Below are positions 39,104 through 47,539 of a stretch of DNA of 64,000 nt, in pieces. Position 1 is the first letter of the stretch. Each line of letters opens with the position of its first letter. The DNA comes from Acidimicrobiales bacterium (GTDB lineage: Bacteria > Actinomycetota > Acidimicrobiia > Acidimicrobiales > Bog-793): the NCBI GenBank assembly GCA_050015175.1, contig JBEKBX010000017.1, forward strand, positions 195-64,194. Reading direction: 5' to 3'. Both the position numbers and the translations under genes were made by a program. The notes beneath the pieces were generated by a model that saw only the letters and a program-made list of their open reading frames with translations, ran no database searches and was not told the DNA's origin.

Positions 39104-40017
39104 GCGAAACGCTGAACTGCATAAGAACCATCGAGAAAGAATGCCACCCTCTCCGCGCCGGGAACCGGCGAGGGCAGGCGGCCCGACGTTTGGCGCTCCC
39201 GGAAGTCCGCGGCCGCTTGTCGCTGCGGCTTGGTCCCGTACTCGCCGTACCAGGCGAGCCTGTCCTCCAGCCGACCTCGACCGCCGTACTTCTGGCTGAG
39301 CAGCAGATCCGCTTCTGCGGCCCAGCGCTCCTCCTTGGGCGAGACGAGCAACGCACCCGATTCGTCGACGCGCTGGTCATTGATGACCCGCGCAGAGGGC
39401 CTGTACACGCATTGGTGACCGGACAGCCGTACCCGCCAGGAGTAATCGACGTCGTCGCCGTAGAGGAAGAACGACTCGGCGTCCAGGCCACCTAGCTCGG
39501 AGAAGAGCTCGGCACGTGTCAGCGCGCAGGCCAACGAGCACCACCCGGTCTCCCCCGTCACGCGGTCGTACTCCTTCGGGTTCTCGAATGGGAGTTGATG
39601 AGCCTCGACTAGCCCGACCTCCGGACCCGCGAGGAGGCCCTTGACAAGCTCAGCCACGGCAAGCGGCCCGACGACGACATCGTCGTTGCAGAGCAGAAGG
39701 AGCTCGGACTCGTTCTTACGGAAGAGGCGGTTGTGCCCTTCGGCGTGGCCCAGATTCTGACCGAACCGCTCGTAGGTGAAGTCGCTGCCACCCTCTTTGA
39801 GGACAGCGCCGAGCGCATCCTGGGTCCTCTTGCTGAGGCCGGCCTTCTCGGAGCAGTCGCCGAGGACAACGACGGCGTCCCCGATGAGCTTCGCAGAGCG
39901 CGCGTTCTCCAGCGACCGGGCGAGAGCCTCTGCGTACCTGAGCAGCGTCGCGGGTGTAAACGCATGCGCTACCGTCTGCACCCGCAGACTGGACCGGGAC
40001 GCCTCGGCTTTCGGCAC
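39100..40017 (-). CDS. Glycosyltransferase family 2, paralog of 35511..36473
   Basis: NLGHAEGHN, LLCNDD, PFENPKEYDRVTGETGWCS, FFLYGDDVDYSWR. Confidence 0.88.
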   Translation of the reverse strand: MPKAEASRSSLRVQTVAHAFTPATLLRYAEALARSLENARSAKLIGDAVVVLGDCSEKAGLSKRTQDALGAVLKEGGSDFTYERFGQNLGHAEGHNRLFRKNESELLLLCNDDVVVGPLAVAELVKGLLAGPEVGLVEAHQLPFENPKEYDRVTGETGWCSLACALTRAELFSELGGLDAESFFLYGDDVDYSWRVRLSGHQCVYRPSARVINDQRVDESGALLVSPKEERWAAEADLLLSQKYGGRGRLEDRLAWYGEYGTKPQRQAAADFRERQTSGRLPSPVPGAERVAFFLDGSYAVQRFA

Positions 40018-40422
40018 AGCACTCCCATCTCCCGAGAACCCGGGTCTTGTATCCGGGCCGACCCGTCGACAATATCTCCGGTGCAGTCCCGGGAGGTGCC
40101 CCGGATGGTTTCGCGCCCTGCGTGGCCGGCCGACTCTCGTACGCCGCTACCCACGGGGTCCCGGTCAGGCCGGGAGCGGCGGCACGACGAGCCGTTTCGC
40201 ACGTGCCCACGCCCATGGGCTACATTGCCTCCGCCCTGTCGTGCTTCGGCGTCAAGTAATCCTTCTCCGAGGCCCGGCTCCGCAGGCTGTCTCCCGACGT
40301 TCCCAGCCAGCATGACATCTCTGAAGTCGGACGCCCAGAGGCGCAACCTCGTCGGCATGGCCTCGTGGATACTTTAGTGATAAAGACTCCACACCGTGCT
40401 GGTTCGATCGAAGAGGACGGAG

Positions 40423-41256
40423 ATGCCAAGGAAGCCGCTAACTCTGCCAGAGGTCGCAGACACGCTCGGTGTGCACTACATGACCGTCTACCGCTACGTC
40501 CGCACGGGCCGGCTCCCCGCCAAGCGTGTCCGAGGCGCGTGGCAAGTTGACCCTGCGGATCTCGCTCAGGTGGAACGCTCACGCCAGACGACACGAGCGA
40601 CCGGCAGGACACCGTCCCGGACGCGCCTGCAGACGCGGCTCGTCGCGAGTGACGAAGCCGGGGCCTGGGACCTCCTCGAAGAGGCACTCGCATCCGGCAT
40701 GGAACCGGACGAAGTGCTCTTGGACCTCATCGCACCCGCGCTGCACTCGATAGGAGAGCTGTGGGCGCAGGGCAAGCTCTCCGTCGCGGATGAGCACCGG
40801 GCGAGCTGTGTCGCCGCGCGGCTCGTCAGCCGGCTCGGAGCTCGCTTCGCCCGACGCGGGCACAGGCGGGGAACGGTGGTTCTCGCCGCCGCGCCCCGGG
40901 AGCTCCACGGGCTGCCTGTCGCCATCGCGGCCAACCTGCTGCGGTGGAGAGGATTCGACGTGATCGAGCTCGGGGCGGACACCCCGGCCGAAGCACTAGC
41001 GGAGACAGTCGCTGCCGAGCGCGACCTCGTGGCCGTGGGACTTGCATGTACCGCGGCAGGCTCCCCGCAGGCGGCGCGCCGTGCGATCGCTGCTATCCGT
41101 CAGGCCGTCCCGCAGGTTCCTGTGTTGGTCGGCGGGGCCTCGATCGCCGATGCTGCTCACGCTCGCCGCCTCGGAGCCGACGTCTTCACCGGAGGGCGCG
41201 CCGACGAGGTCGTGCGCTCGGTTGAAGCTCTCCTCGCGCACAAGTCCTCGAGCTGA
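40423..41256 (+). CDS. Excisionase-type HTH + cobalamin-binding regulator (CarH/LitR-like)
   Basis: HTH_17-like LPEVADTLGVHYMTVYRYVRTGRLPA; W-x9-EH (WAQGKLSVADEH) and ExH (RELHGLP); Rossmann B12-binding domain (LGADTP, VLVGG). Confidence 0.85.
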   Translation: MPRKPLTLPEVADTLGVHYMTVYRYVRTGRLPAKRVRGAWQVDPADLAQVERSRQTTRATGRTPSRTRLQTRLVASDEAGAWDLLEEALASGMEPDEVLLDLIAPALHSIGELWAQGKLSVADEHRASCVAARLVSRLGARFARRGHRRGTVVLAAAPRELHGLPVAIAANLLRWRGFDVIELGADTPAEALAETVAAERDLVAVGLACTAAGSPQAARRAIAAIRQAVPQVPVLVGGASIADAAHARRLGADVFTGGRADEVVRSVEALLAHKSSS

Positions 41257-41557
41257 CGGCGGCGCACCCAGTAGTAATCGTGAGCTCAGACGGTCCGGGC
41301 ACCTAGTCGGCCGCGCCGGGACGGCTTGGCGAGCACAACCTGCACGTCACTCACGCGGTCTCGAGGAACGCCTCGCAGTCCGCGAGGTGCGCTCCACGGT
41401 CGCCGCAACTCGGTGCCCACCCCGAGACGCTGGAGCGGTGCCGGTGAACCCGCTCGCCTGGCATGGTACGCGGCCCGCACCGGGATGGTGACGCCGCCAG
41501 CCCATGCGCTGTGGGCTGGGCCCACTGACGTCGCCACCGGGTCACCGTTGGTACTTC

Positions 41558-42013
41558 CTATTCGCGGCACTCCGGACACAGGCCCAGCAGGTCGAGTTGG
41601 TGCTCGGTCACCTGGTAACCCTGCTCCTCGGCCACCGCTCGCGCCGCCTCGCCGAGCGCCCGTTCCAACTTCGGTGAGGGGTGGACGTCCTCCACCTTTC
41701 CGCACGTCGCGCAGACAAAATGGTGATGGTGGCTCGAGAGCTCCTCGGCCAGCTCGAAGCGACCGTGATCGTCGGCGCCTACGACCCTGCGGACGACGCC
41801 GACGTCGATGAGGGCGGTCATGTTGCGATAGGCGCTGCTCTGGGGGAGCTCTGGGGCTGACGCGACGATCTCGGGGATGGTCAGAGGCCTCCCGGCCACC
41901 GCCAATGTCTCGACCAGGATCCTGCGCAAATGCGTGTATCGCTGGTCCACACCGGCCAGCCGGAGGCTCACGGCTTCATGGATCGAGCGTGCGATCACCA
42001 CCGCCGGAGACAT
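41558..42013 (-). CDS. Fur-family metalloregulator (Zur-like)
   Basis: SSAYRNM, HHHHFVCATCGKVEDV, GLCPEC; last gene of the metal ABC operon. Confidence 0.9.
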   Translation of the reverse strand: MSPAVVIARSIHEAVSLRLAGVDQRYTHLRRILVETLAVAGRPLTIPEIVASAPELPQSSAYRNMTALIDVGVVRRVVGADDHGRFELAEELSSHHHHFVCATCGKVEDVHPSPKLERALGEAARAVAEEQGYQVTEHQLDLLGLCPECRE

Positions 42014-42885
42014 TAGGTCCGCTCACCGCCCGTTCCGGTGGCCGTCGCGAGCTGTACCGGGCCTGTCGCCACGTGCTCGGCGTCATCCGCGCGCCCGGCC
42101 GACCTGCGCCACGCGACCCAGCCGCGCCCGGCAATGAAGAAGACCGCGCCGAGGACGCCGACGAAGAACCCGACCGGCCAATTGGTCGCGTATGACGCTG
42201 CAATGGCTATCCAGACGATGGCCATCGAGATGCCGACCGAAAGACAAAGCGCTCCGAGCGGCTTGTCCGTGAACGACCGAGCGGCACCGGGAGCGCCGAC
42301 CATCAGGCTGAACATCAAAAGGGCCCCGACAACTGGCACCGACATGGTCGTCACCAGCGCCACCACCACCAGGAAGCACATTTCCATCCGGTGGGTCCGC
42401 ACGCCACGAGCCTCTGCCACCTCCGGCATCACCGACGCGAGGAGCAGCGGGCGGTACAGGATCACGACTGCGGAGATGCACACGACACCGAGCACCGCAG
42501 TCGCGAGCACCTCATTGGAGCTGACCCCGAGCACCTCGCCGAAGAGCAACGCGTAGGTCGCTGACGCGTACTCCTCACTCCAGCTCAGGAACAGTGCCCC
42601 GAGACCCAGCATGAACACGAGCGCTAGCGCCGTCACCGCGTCATGACGGCCACGCTTGCCCAACAGGCCTATGGAAAGCGCGCTTATGACAGCGAAAGTT
42701 CCCAGCCCCGCGAGAGTGCTGACGCCGATGAGGGCGGCGCCGGCGGCTCCCGCGAAGCCGGCTTGCGGGACCGCGTGGGCAACGAAGGCCGAGCCTCGCA
42801 GCACCGTGAAGAACCCCACGACGCCCGCGACGACTGCGACCATCGTGGCGACGATCCAGGCATTGGCCATGAACCCCGAGAACAT
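42013..42885 (-). CDS. Zn/Mn ABC permease (ABC-3 family)
   Basis: MFSGFMANAW...AFVAHAVPQAGFAG, LLFGEVL, VPVVGALLMFSLMVGAP; TGATG coupling at 42885. Confidence 0.9.
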   Translation of the reverse strand: MFSGFMANAWIVATMVAVVAGVVGFFTVLRGSAFVAHAVPQAGFAGAAGAALIGVSTLAGLGTFAVISALSIGLLGKRGRHDAVTALALVFMLGLGALFLSWSEEYASATYALLFGEVLGVSSNEVLATAVLGVVCISAVVILYRPLLLASVMPEVAEARGVRTHRMEMCFLVVVALVTTMSVPVVGALLMFSLMVGAPGAARSFTDKPLGALCLSVGISMAIVWIAIAASYATNWPVGFFVGVLGAVFFIAGRGWVAWRRSAGRADDAEHVATGPVQLATATGTGGERT

Positions 42886-43844
42886 CAGCCTGCTCCCATC
42901 GCCGGGGACTCGGACGGCCGGGCGCGCCCGGACAGGCCTTTGCTGGCGGCGAGTGCCCGCGCCCCGGCTCGTCGCTCCTTGTTCCGGCTGGCGAGGTCGG
43001 CCAGCAGGTAGACGACGAGGATCAAGGCCACGACGAAGAAGCTCACCGGCCAGCCCCGTCCCGTCGGCGGCCAGTAGTAGCTGTCGTAGGCGAGCAGGAT
43101 GCCGAGCCATGTCACCGCCAGCCCTATGACCACGGCCCAGGCGATCGCCAAGCCGGGCCGCTTCGTCAACCGCAACGCCGCGGCAGCAGGGCCGATCAAC
43201 ACCGCGGTGCTGAGGATCGCCCCGATGGTCACACAGGAAAGCGACACCGCGACCGCCATCGCGAGCAGGTACAGAACGCCCACAACACGCACGGGCACGC
43301 CCCTCGCATGAGCAATGTCCTCGCTCACGGCGCTCAACAGCAGCGGACGGTAGAGCAAGGCGACGATGGCGAGCGCAAGAACGCTCAACAACGCGAAGAC
43401 CGGGATCATCGACGCACGGATGACGAACATGGAGCCGAACAGGATCGTGACGGTCGCGCCGGTCGTACTGCTCTCCGTCGTGCCCAGGTACAAGAACAAC
43501 GCTGCGATCCCGAGGCCCGCGCCCAGCACGATCCCCGTTGCCATGTCCCTTGCACGTGGCCGGCGGGTCCCGAAAAGCTCCATGGCCCCGGCTCCGAGGA
43601 TCGCGAAGACGACAAAACCCCAAAGCGGGTTGGCTCTGACCAAAAATGCGCCCGAACCACCCGTCGTGCCCAGGTCTCCCAGGGAATGGCCGGCAAAGGA
43701 CTGGCCGCGGATGACCGTGAAAACGCCCACCACGGCGGACACGAGCGCGACGGCGCCGCCCACCACGACAGCCACGCGAACCGGTTCGCTCGCGAAAAAA
43801 CCGGGTTCGAAGACGCCGTTGAGAATGGCGCTCATCCCGGTCAC
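42885..43844 (-). CDS. Zn/Mn ABC permease (ABC-3 family)
   Basis: GQSFAGHSLGD, ILFGS, GAILSTAVLIGPAAAA. Confidence 0.9.
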   Translation of the reverse strand: MTGMSAILNGVFEPGFFASEPVRVAVVVGGAVALVSAVVGVFTVIRGQSFAGHSLGDLGTTGGSGAFLVRANPLWGFVVFAILGAGAMELFGTRRPRARDMATGIVLGAGLGIAALFLYLGTTESSTTGATVTILFGSMFVIRASMIPVFALLSVLALAIVALLYRPLLLSAVSEDIAHARGVPVRVVGVLYLLAMAVAVSLSCVTIGAILSTAVLIGPAAAALRLTKRPGLAIAWAVVIGLAVTWLGILLAYDSYYWPPTGRGWPVSFFVVALILVVYLLADLASRNKERRAGARALAASKGLSGRARPSESPAMGAG

Positions 43845-44692
43845 CCAAGCCCACGAGGCGCGACGGTGTGCGCGCTCTCGGGCTCGGCGTGGTGGACTTC
43901 GTCCTTTCCCGCGACGACCAGGATGCGACCGTGAACGTGCAACACGTCGACGTGGTGGCCGTACAAAGCGCTGAGCACGTCTTCGCGGACGACCTCCTCG
44001 GTCGATCCGCTCGCGGCACGGCCGGACGCGACGTAGACGACACGGTCCATCACCGGCAGCAGCGGGTTCATCTCGTGCGCTGAGATGAGAACCGCGATCT
44101 GCTGCTCCTTCGCTATCCTTCCCAGGAGCCCGACGACCTCCTGCTCGCTGCGGATGTCCAGGTTTGCCAGTGGCTCGTCCAAGAGCAGCAGCCTCGGCTT
44201 GGCAATGAGCGCATGCGCGATCAGCGTCCGCTGCAGCTCACCGCCCGAGAGCTTGCCGACGCGGGATTCGGCGAAGCCTTGAGCATCGACGGCCTCGAGC
44301 ATCTCGTCGACCAGCTGTCGGCGGCTCCGCGTGGGAAACGGAATGCCGAATCGGTCGCCATCGAGCCCGAGAGCCACCAGGTCCCGTGCGCGCAAGGGCA
44401 TGTCCGGGTCGAGACTGAGGCTCTGTGGCACGTAACCGATGGACCGGTTGCGGCGCGCACGTGGATGGCCTGCGAAGAGCACGCTGCCTGCCGAGGGTGT
44501 CTCCAGGCCGAGGATCACCCTGAATATGGTCGTCTTGCCGGCGCCGTTGGACCCGATGAGACCGGTGAGCTCGCCGGCATGGAGGCGGAAGCCGACATCG
44601 TGGAGGATCTCCCGGCCGGACAGCCAGAGCGAAACGCCGTCGAGCGAGAGGATCTCCCCCCGACCGGCGCCGGGCGGGAAAGGCTCGTTCAC
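43841..44692 (-). CDS. Zn/Mn ABC ATP-binding protein
   Basis: GSNGAGKTT, LSGGELQR, LLLDEP; GTGA overlap with the SBP stop. Confidence 0.92.
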   Translation of the reverse strand: MNEPFPPGAGRGEILSLDGVSLWLSGREILHDVGFRLHAGELTGLIGSNGAGKTTIFRVILGLETPSAGSVLFAGHPRARRNRSIGYVPQSLSLDPDMPLRARDLVALGLDGDRFGIPFPTRSRRQLVDEMLEAVDAQGFAESRVGKLSGGELQRTLIAHALIAKPRLLLLDEPLANLDIRSEQEVVGLLGRIAKEQQIAVLISAHEMNPLLPVMDRVVYVASGRAASGSTEEVVREDVLSALYGHHVDVLHVHGRILVVAGKDEVHHAEPESAHTVAPRGLG

Positions 44693-45630
44693 AGGTGCTC
44701 CGTCGAGACCTTGTCCGTCACTGCCTTCTCGAGTGCGCGCACCTCGGCCAGCATCCACGTCTGGTAGTCGTAACCGGGCGTGGGCATCGTCTCGTAAACG
44801 CCGACGACCGGTATGCCGTTCTTCTTGGCAAGCGCGAGGAAAGACTGGGTGATCGAGTCGGTCACCTGCTCGTTGTAAAGGAACACGTCGACCTTGTGCC
44901 CTGTGAACAAGCTGTCTTGAGCGGTGATGTCCTCAGGCGCCGGGTCCACGCCGTTCATGATGTCCGCCTGCAATGCCCAAGGAGTCTCGTTCTTGGTGCC
45001 CGCAGCCTCCAGCATGTAGTCGGCGACCGGCTCGGTGGTGGCCACCGGGACGTTCGGATGGCCGGCCTTGAAACTCGCGATCGCCCGCAGCCAAGGGTCG
45101 AGGGAATCGTCGAATCTCGCCAGGTTGGCCCGGAAGTAGGAGGCGTGCGCTGGATCGATCGCGGACAGGTCTCGGCTTATCGCCTTGGCCACCGCAGGCA
45201 TCGTGCGCGGGTCGTACCAAAGGTGCGGGTTCCGCGTGCTGCCGGGAAAGCCCAGCGTCTTCTGGACGTCAATGACCTTCCGCTTCGGGTTCGGCGACGC
45301 GGCCTCGATCGTGCCCATGAAGCTGTCGTAGCCGACACCGTTCTGGACGACCAGCTGGGCGGCGCTGATCTCGGAGGCCACCGACGGACTTGCCTCGAAC
45401 GTGTGAGGGTCGGTGTTGGGGTTGCTCAGGATCGCCGTCACCTTGACATACCTGCCGCCGATCTGGCTGATTAGGTTCGCGTACTCGTTCTCCGCCCCTA
45501 CGGCCACTGTGACACCTCCGCCACGAACGGCTGGGCTCGAGCAGGCGGACACGAGCATCGCCACAGCGACGCAGAGCAAGGCGGCAACCGCCCGGTTGCC
45601 GCCTCGAAGAACCTGAAAATGAACCGTCAT
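44689..45630 (-). CDS. Zn/Mn ABC substrate-binding lipoprotein (ZnuA/MntC family)
   Basis: Lipobox VSA-C; DPHTFE, NPHLWYDP, VYETMP. Confidence 0.92.
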   Translation of the reverse strand: MTVHFQVLRGGNRAVAALLCVAVAMLVSACSSPAVRGGGVTVAVGAENEYANLISQIGGRYVKVTAILSNPNTDPHTFEASPSVASEISAAQLVVQNGVGYDSFMGTIEAASPNPKRKVIDVQKTLGFPGSTRNPHLWYDPRTMPAVAKAISRDLSAIDPAHASYFRANLARFDDSLDPWLRAIASFKAGHPNVPVATTEPVADYMLEAAGTKNETPWALQADIMNGVDPAPEDITAQDSLFTGHKVDVFLYNEQVTDSITQSFLALAKKNGIPVVGVYETMPTPGYDYQTWMLAEVRALEKAVTDKVSTEHL

Positions 45631-45678
45631 CGGACACCTCGCGTGACAAGGTCACCTGGTCGTGGTCACCGCGAACGG

Positions 45679-45708
45679 AATGATAATCACTCTTATTATG
45701 AGAGTCAA
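45679..45708 (-). promoter_or_regulatory. Promoter TTGACT-N17-TATCAT with an overlapping Fur/Zur-type box
   Basis: Minus strand: -35 at 45708-45703, -10 at 45685-45680. AATGATAATCACTCTTATT (45679-45697) resembles the AATGATAA-C-TTATCATT box. Confidence 0.7.
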
Positions 45709-45968
45709 CCCCTCAGGCACTCTTCGCGTCGAGGAGTCGCAGGGGCTCTCCGCGGGCAAAGGGCGCTCCGATGACGATGATGACGGCGTGCAAGGCCCAT
45801 CCGTGCGACGGTTGAGCGCAAGTCATCCGCCGGTCGATCTCTATTCAGGAAACGGGTCCTGGAGACTCGCATGCCCTCTCGGAATTCTGCTGTTTCTCCT
45901 TGGTTGTAAGGGTCGCCCGAACGAACGAGCCCAGCTGACCTGCGGCGACAGCCGCTATAGTCGGCTCA

Positions 45969-46027
45969 GGCGCGATGAGGCCCGCTCCTTGAATCGTCGG
46001 ACACCGGTTCGACTGATGGCTTCTACC
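45969..46027 (+). ncRNA. Fluoride riboswitch (crcB motif) aptamer
   Basis: GGCGCGATGAGGCCCGCTCC...GTCGGAC-accg-GTTCGAC-TGATGGCTTCTAC. P1 GCG/CGC (plus GG/CC), P2 45996-46002/46007-46013, pseudoknot GAGGCC (45977-82)/GGCTTC (46018-23), conserved ATGAGG and CTGATG; -10 TATAGT at 45956-45961. Confidence 0.93.
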
Positions 46028-46090
46028 AGCTAGGACGGACGCTGGTAGGGCTCTTGCGTACCCCTGTCAGCCGAACAGGGAGTACGGATG
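46023..46090 (+). promoter_or_regulatory. Riboswitch expression platform (translational ON switch)
   Basis: CTACCAGC (46023-30)/GCTGGTAG (46041-48) stem. SD-sequestering CCCTGT (46062-67)/ACAGGG (46075-80). Alternative helix GCTGGTAGGG (46041-50)/CCCTGTCAGC (46062-71). Confidence 0.8.
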
Positions 46091-47275
46091 AACTCGTATT
46101 ACGTCTTTGCCATCTGGATCTCCATGGCGTTGCTGGCGTCGGTGATCAGCGTCAGGTTCGGGGTCTCGGTCGCTCTCGTCGAGATCCTCGTCGGCGCGGT
46201 TCTCGGCAACATCCCGGGCCTCAAGGAACACATCCAGCAGACTGATGTCACGACGTTCCTCGCGGGTGCGGGGTCGTTGATGCTGACCTTTCTCGCAGGC
46301 GCCGAGATCGATCCGGTTTCCCTGCGAAAACATTGGAAGCCGAGCTTGGCGATCGGCGCCGTGTCCTTCCTGTTGCCCTTCCTCGGGGCCTTCGGTTTCT
46401 GCAAGCTCGTGCTCGACTGGCCGCTTCACGGTGCGGAGATCGGCGGGGTGGCGCTGAGCACGACGTCGGTCGCCGTGGTGTACGCAGTCATGATCGAGAC
46501 AGGGCTCAACCGCGAGGATCTCGGCAAGCTCATCCTGGCGGCCTGCTTCGTGACCGACCTCGGCACTGTGCTGGCTCTCGGCGGGCTGTTCGCCACCTAT
46601 GGCTTGCTCCTTCTCGTGTTCGTGGCGGTGACGGTCGCCACCTTGTTGGTCCTGCCGAGAGCGACACGCTATGTGGTCGACCACACCGGCCACCGTGTGA
46701 GCGAGCCGGAGGTGAAGTTCCTTCTCGTCGTGCTGTTCGCGCTCGGCGGCCTCGCGACCGCGGCCGGAAGCGAAGCGGTCCTGCCGGCGTATCTGGCCGG
46801 CCTGGTCGTAGCCGGGGCCTTCATGAACGACCGGGTGCTGATGGACAGGATCCGTTCTATCGCCTTCGCGCTGTTGACACCTTTCTTCTTCTTGCATGCC
46901 GGCCTCTTGATCTCCGCGCCCACGCTCGCGTCGGGGGCGGGCGTGATCGCGTTGTTGTTCGGCGTGAAGATGGCAGCCAAGCTGCTCGGCGTCTGGCCGA
47001 CCGCGTCGGCACTGAGGATCCCCAAGCGCGAGCGCACGTACATGACGCTTCTCATGGCAACCGGCCTCACGTTCGGGTCCATCTCCGCGCTCTTCGGTTT
47101 GACGCACCACCTCATCGACAGGACCCAGTACACAGAGCTCGTGACGGTGGTGCTGCTTTCTGCTCTGCTGCCGACACTCGTCGCCCAGCAATTGTTCCGG
47201 CCCGAATTGCCGACCGAGCGGGACGAGCTCGAGGCGCTCGGCGAAGAGGACCTGTCGCTGCGCCCGCCCCGTTGA
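46088..47275 (+). CDS. Cation:proton antiporter (CPA / Na_H_Exchanger family), fluoride-riboswitch controlled
   Basis: ~12 TM; FLAGAEID, LSTTSVAVV, ILAACFVTDLGTV, TPFFFLHAG, KLLG. Confidence 0.88.
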   Translation: MNSYYVFAIWISMALLASVISVRFGVSVALVEILVGAVLGNIPGLKEHIQQTDVTTFLAGAGSLMLTFLAGAEIDPVSLRKHWKPSLAIGAVSFLLPFLGAFGFCKLVLDWPLHGAEIGGVALSTTSVAVVYAVMIETGLNREDLGKLILAACFVTDLGTVLALGGLFATYGLLLLVFVAVTVATLLVLPRATRYVVDHTGHRVSEPEVKFLLVVLFALGGLATAAGSEAVLPAYLAGLVVAGAFMNDRVLMDRIRSIAFALLTPFFFLHAGLLISAPTLASGAGVIALLFGVKMAAKLLGVWPTASALRIPKRERTYMTLLMATGLTFGSISALFGLTHHLIDRTQYTELVTVVLLSALLPTLVAQQLFRPELPTERDELEALGEEDLSLRPPR

Positions 47276-47539
47276 GAGACGGGCGACACCGGCCAAGGCA
47301 GGCTCAATTGCACGTCTTGTGTCATGCGGCTCGACTGCAACACGTTTGACATCTCGATATGGGACCTTTGGCTCTATGGCGCTCCCGGCGCCAGACATAG
47401 CGTGAGTTGATGGTCCTGGGCGTGCCGGGTGCTCGGGGACGCTCCCTCACCGGCGACCCCAAGTTGCCCGGTGCGCCGGGACCGTGCTCCTTCGCCCGCT
47501 GAAGTCCTCGCCGGCCCGGCTGCTGCGGTGCCTTGCCGT

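Noticed and set aside
40020-40420. Cobalamin riboswitch next to the B12-binding regulator
   Set aside because: No B12-box or GGGAA...GGTG..AATCC..CCGC.ACTGT core is recognisable.
42013-44043. 676-aa ORF as one protein
   Set aside because: Only the last 290 aa (from ATG 42885) are a permease. The upstream part overlaps the real permease and ATPase genes in another frame.
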